Part shown: one piece after another, positions 27,505-27,752 of the stretch
Layout of the letters: every line of letters starts with the position of its first letter
Position numbering within the stretch: the first letter of the stretch is position 1
Program-made: the position numbers and the translations under genes
Notes under the pieces: model-generated
Told to the model about the DNA's origin: nothing
Seen by the model: the letters and a program-made list of their open reading frames with translations, nothing else
Databases searched by the model: none
Source of the DNA: Candidatus Poribacteria bacterium
GTDB taxonomy: Bacteria > Poribacteria > WGA-4E > UBA9662
DNA: 27,752 nucleotides
NCBI GenBank assembly: GCA_046582655.1
Contig: JAYGDX010000317.1
Coordinates: forward strand, 1 to 27,752
Reading direction: 5' to 3'

Positions 27505-27752
27505 GGCTCTATTTGCGTTAAATGTTGACAGACTTTCTTGGATCTGTCACACCATGTCCGGAACTGCTAAATCTTTGTAGGGAGCAGAGATGGACCATAC
27601 TGAATTCAAACAATATCTTTTGCGTCTTGAGGGGTTGAGCCCGGCACAAAAAAGGAAGCTGTCCGATGCCTTGCGAGTCAAGGATGAAGGTGAGACCGTC
27701 GCAGAGGCCCTTGAGAAGCGCATCAGCGTGGGCGGACACTGCCCTCATTGCG
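27505..27752 (+). mobile_element. Left end of an IS1595-family element, truncated by the window end
   Basis: Candidate IR beginning GGCTCT at 27505 after an AT-rich stretch; shift to higher GC; transposase-like ORF follows. The right end is not visible, so the boundary is unconfirmed. Confidence 0.65.
27590..27752 (+). CDS. IS1595-family transposase, N-terminal fragment (absent from the ORF track)
   Basis: RBS AGGGAG then MDHTEFKQYLLRLEGLSPAQKRKLSDALRVKDEGETVAEALEKRISVGGHCPHC, i.e. a helical L(S/T)xxQ leader followed by a CPHC zinc-ribbon start; open at the window end. Confidence 0.8.
   Translation, partial: MDHTEFKQYLLRLEGLSPAQKRKLSDALRVKDEGETVAEALEKRISVGGHCPHC

Noticed and set aside
27518..27748. 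Minus-strand 76-aa ORF
   Set aside because: Antisense to the transposase N-terminus, which has an RBS and a CPHC motif.
1..27752. CRISPR arrays, tRNA/rRNA genes, prophage or defence systems
   Set aside because: No regularly spaced repeats, RNA gene signatures, or phage/defence protein motifs were seen by eye; a covariance-model scan would be needed to exclude small RNAs.

Overview
Bacterial chromosomal window from a probable diderm organism, bracketed by insertion sequences. A decayed IS5-family element lies at 28-726 and the 5' end of an IS1595-family element at about 27505-27752. Between them, in order: an ECF sigma / anti-sigma / RseB-like envelope-stress operon with tandem sigma70 and sigmaE-type promoters; a ~160-bp MITE-like element; a minus-strand operon (PLP D-threonine-aldolase-like enzyme, DUF6787, DUF1854, membrane hypothetical); a membrane-anchored VWA protein paired with a large TPR protein; a divergent EF-G paralogue; an ftsH-folP-acpS-beta-barrel-yigZ-hyi-gcvH-like run; a THUMP-type RNA methyltransferase; a TPR protein and an ABC-F ATPase; and an iolB-iolC-glnD operon. 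Most of this is housekeeping. The best leads are (1) the TonB-like-anchor/VWA plus TPR envelope module, (2) a GcvH-fold protein with no lipoyl-lysine, (3) an EF-G paralogue lacking the catalytic His, (4) an anti-sigma factor with a degenerate zinc site next to an RseB-like protein carrying extra inserts, and (5) a predicted leaderless methyltransferase mRNA. All family calls come from motif recognition by eye; no searches were run. Gene style is reminiscent of Ca. Poribacteria, but that is a low-confidence impression.
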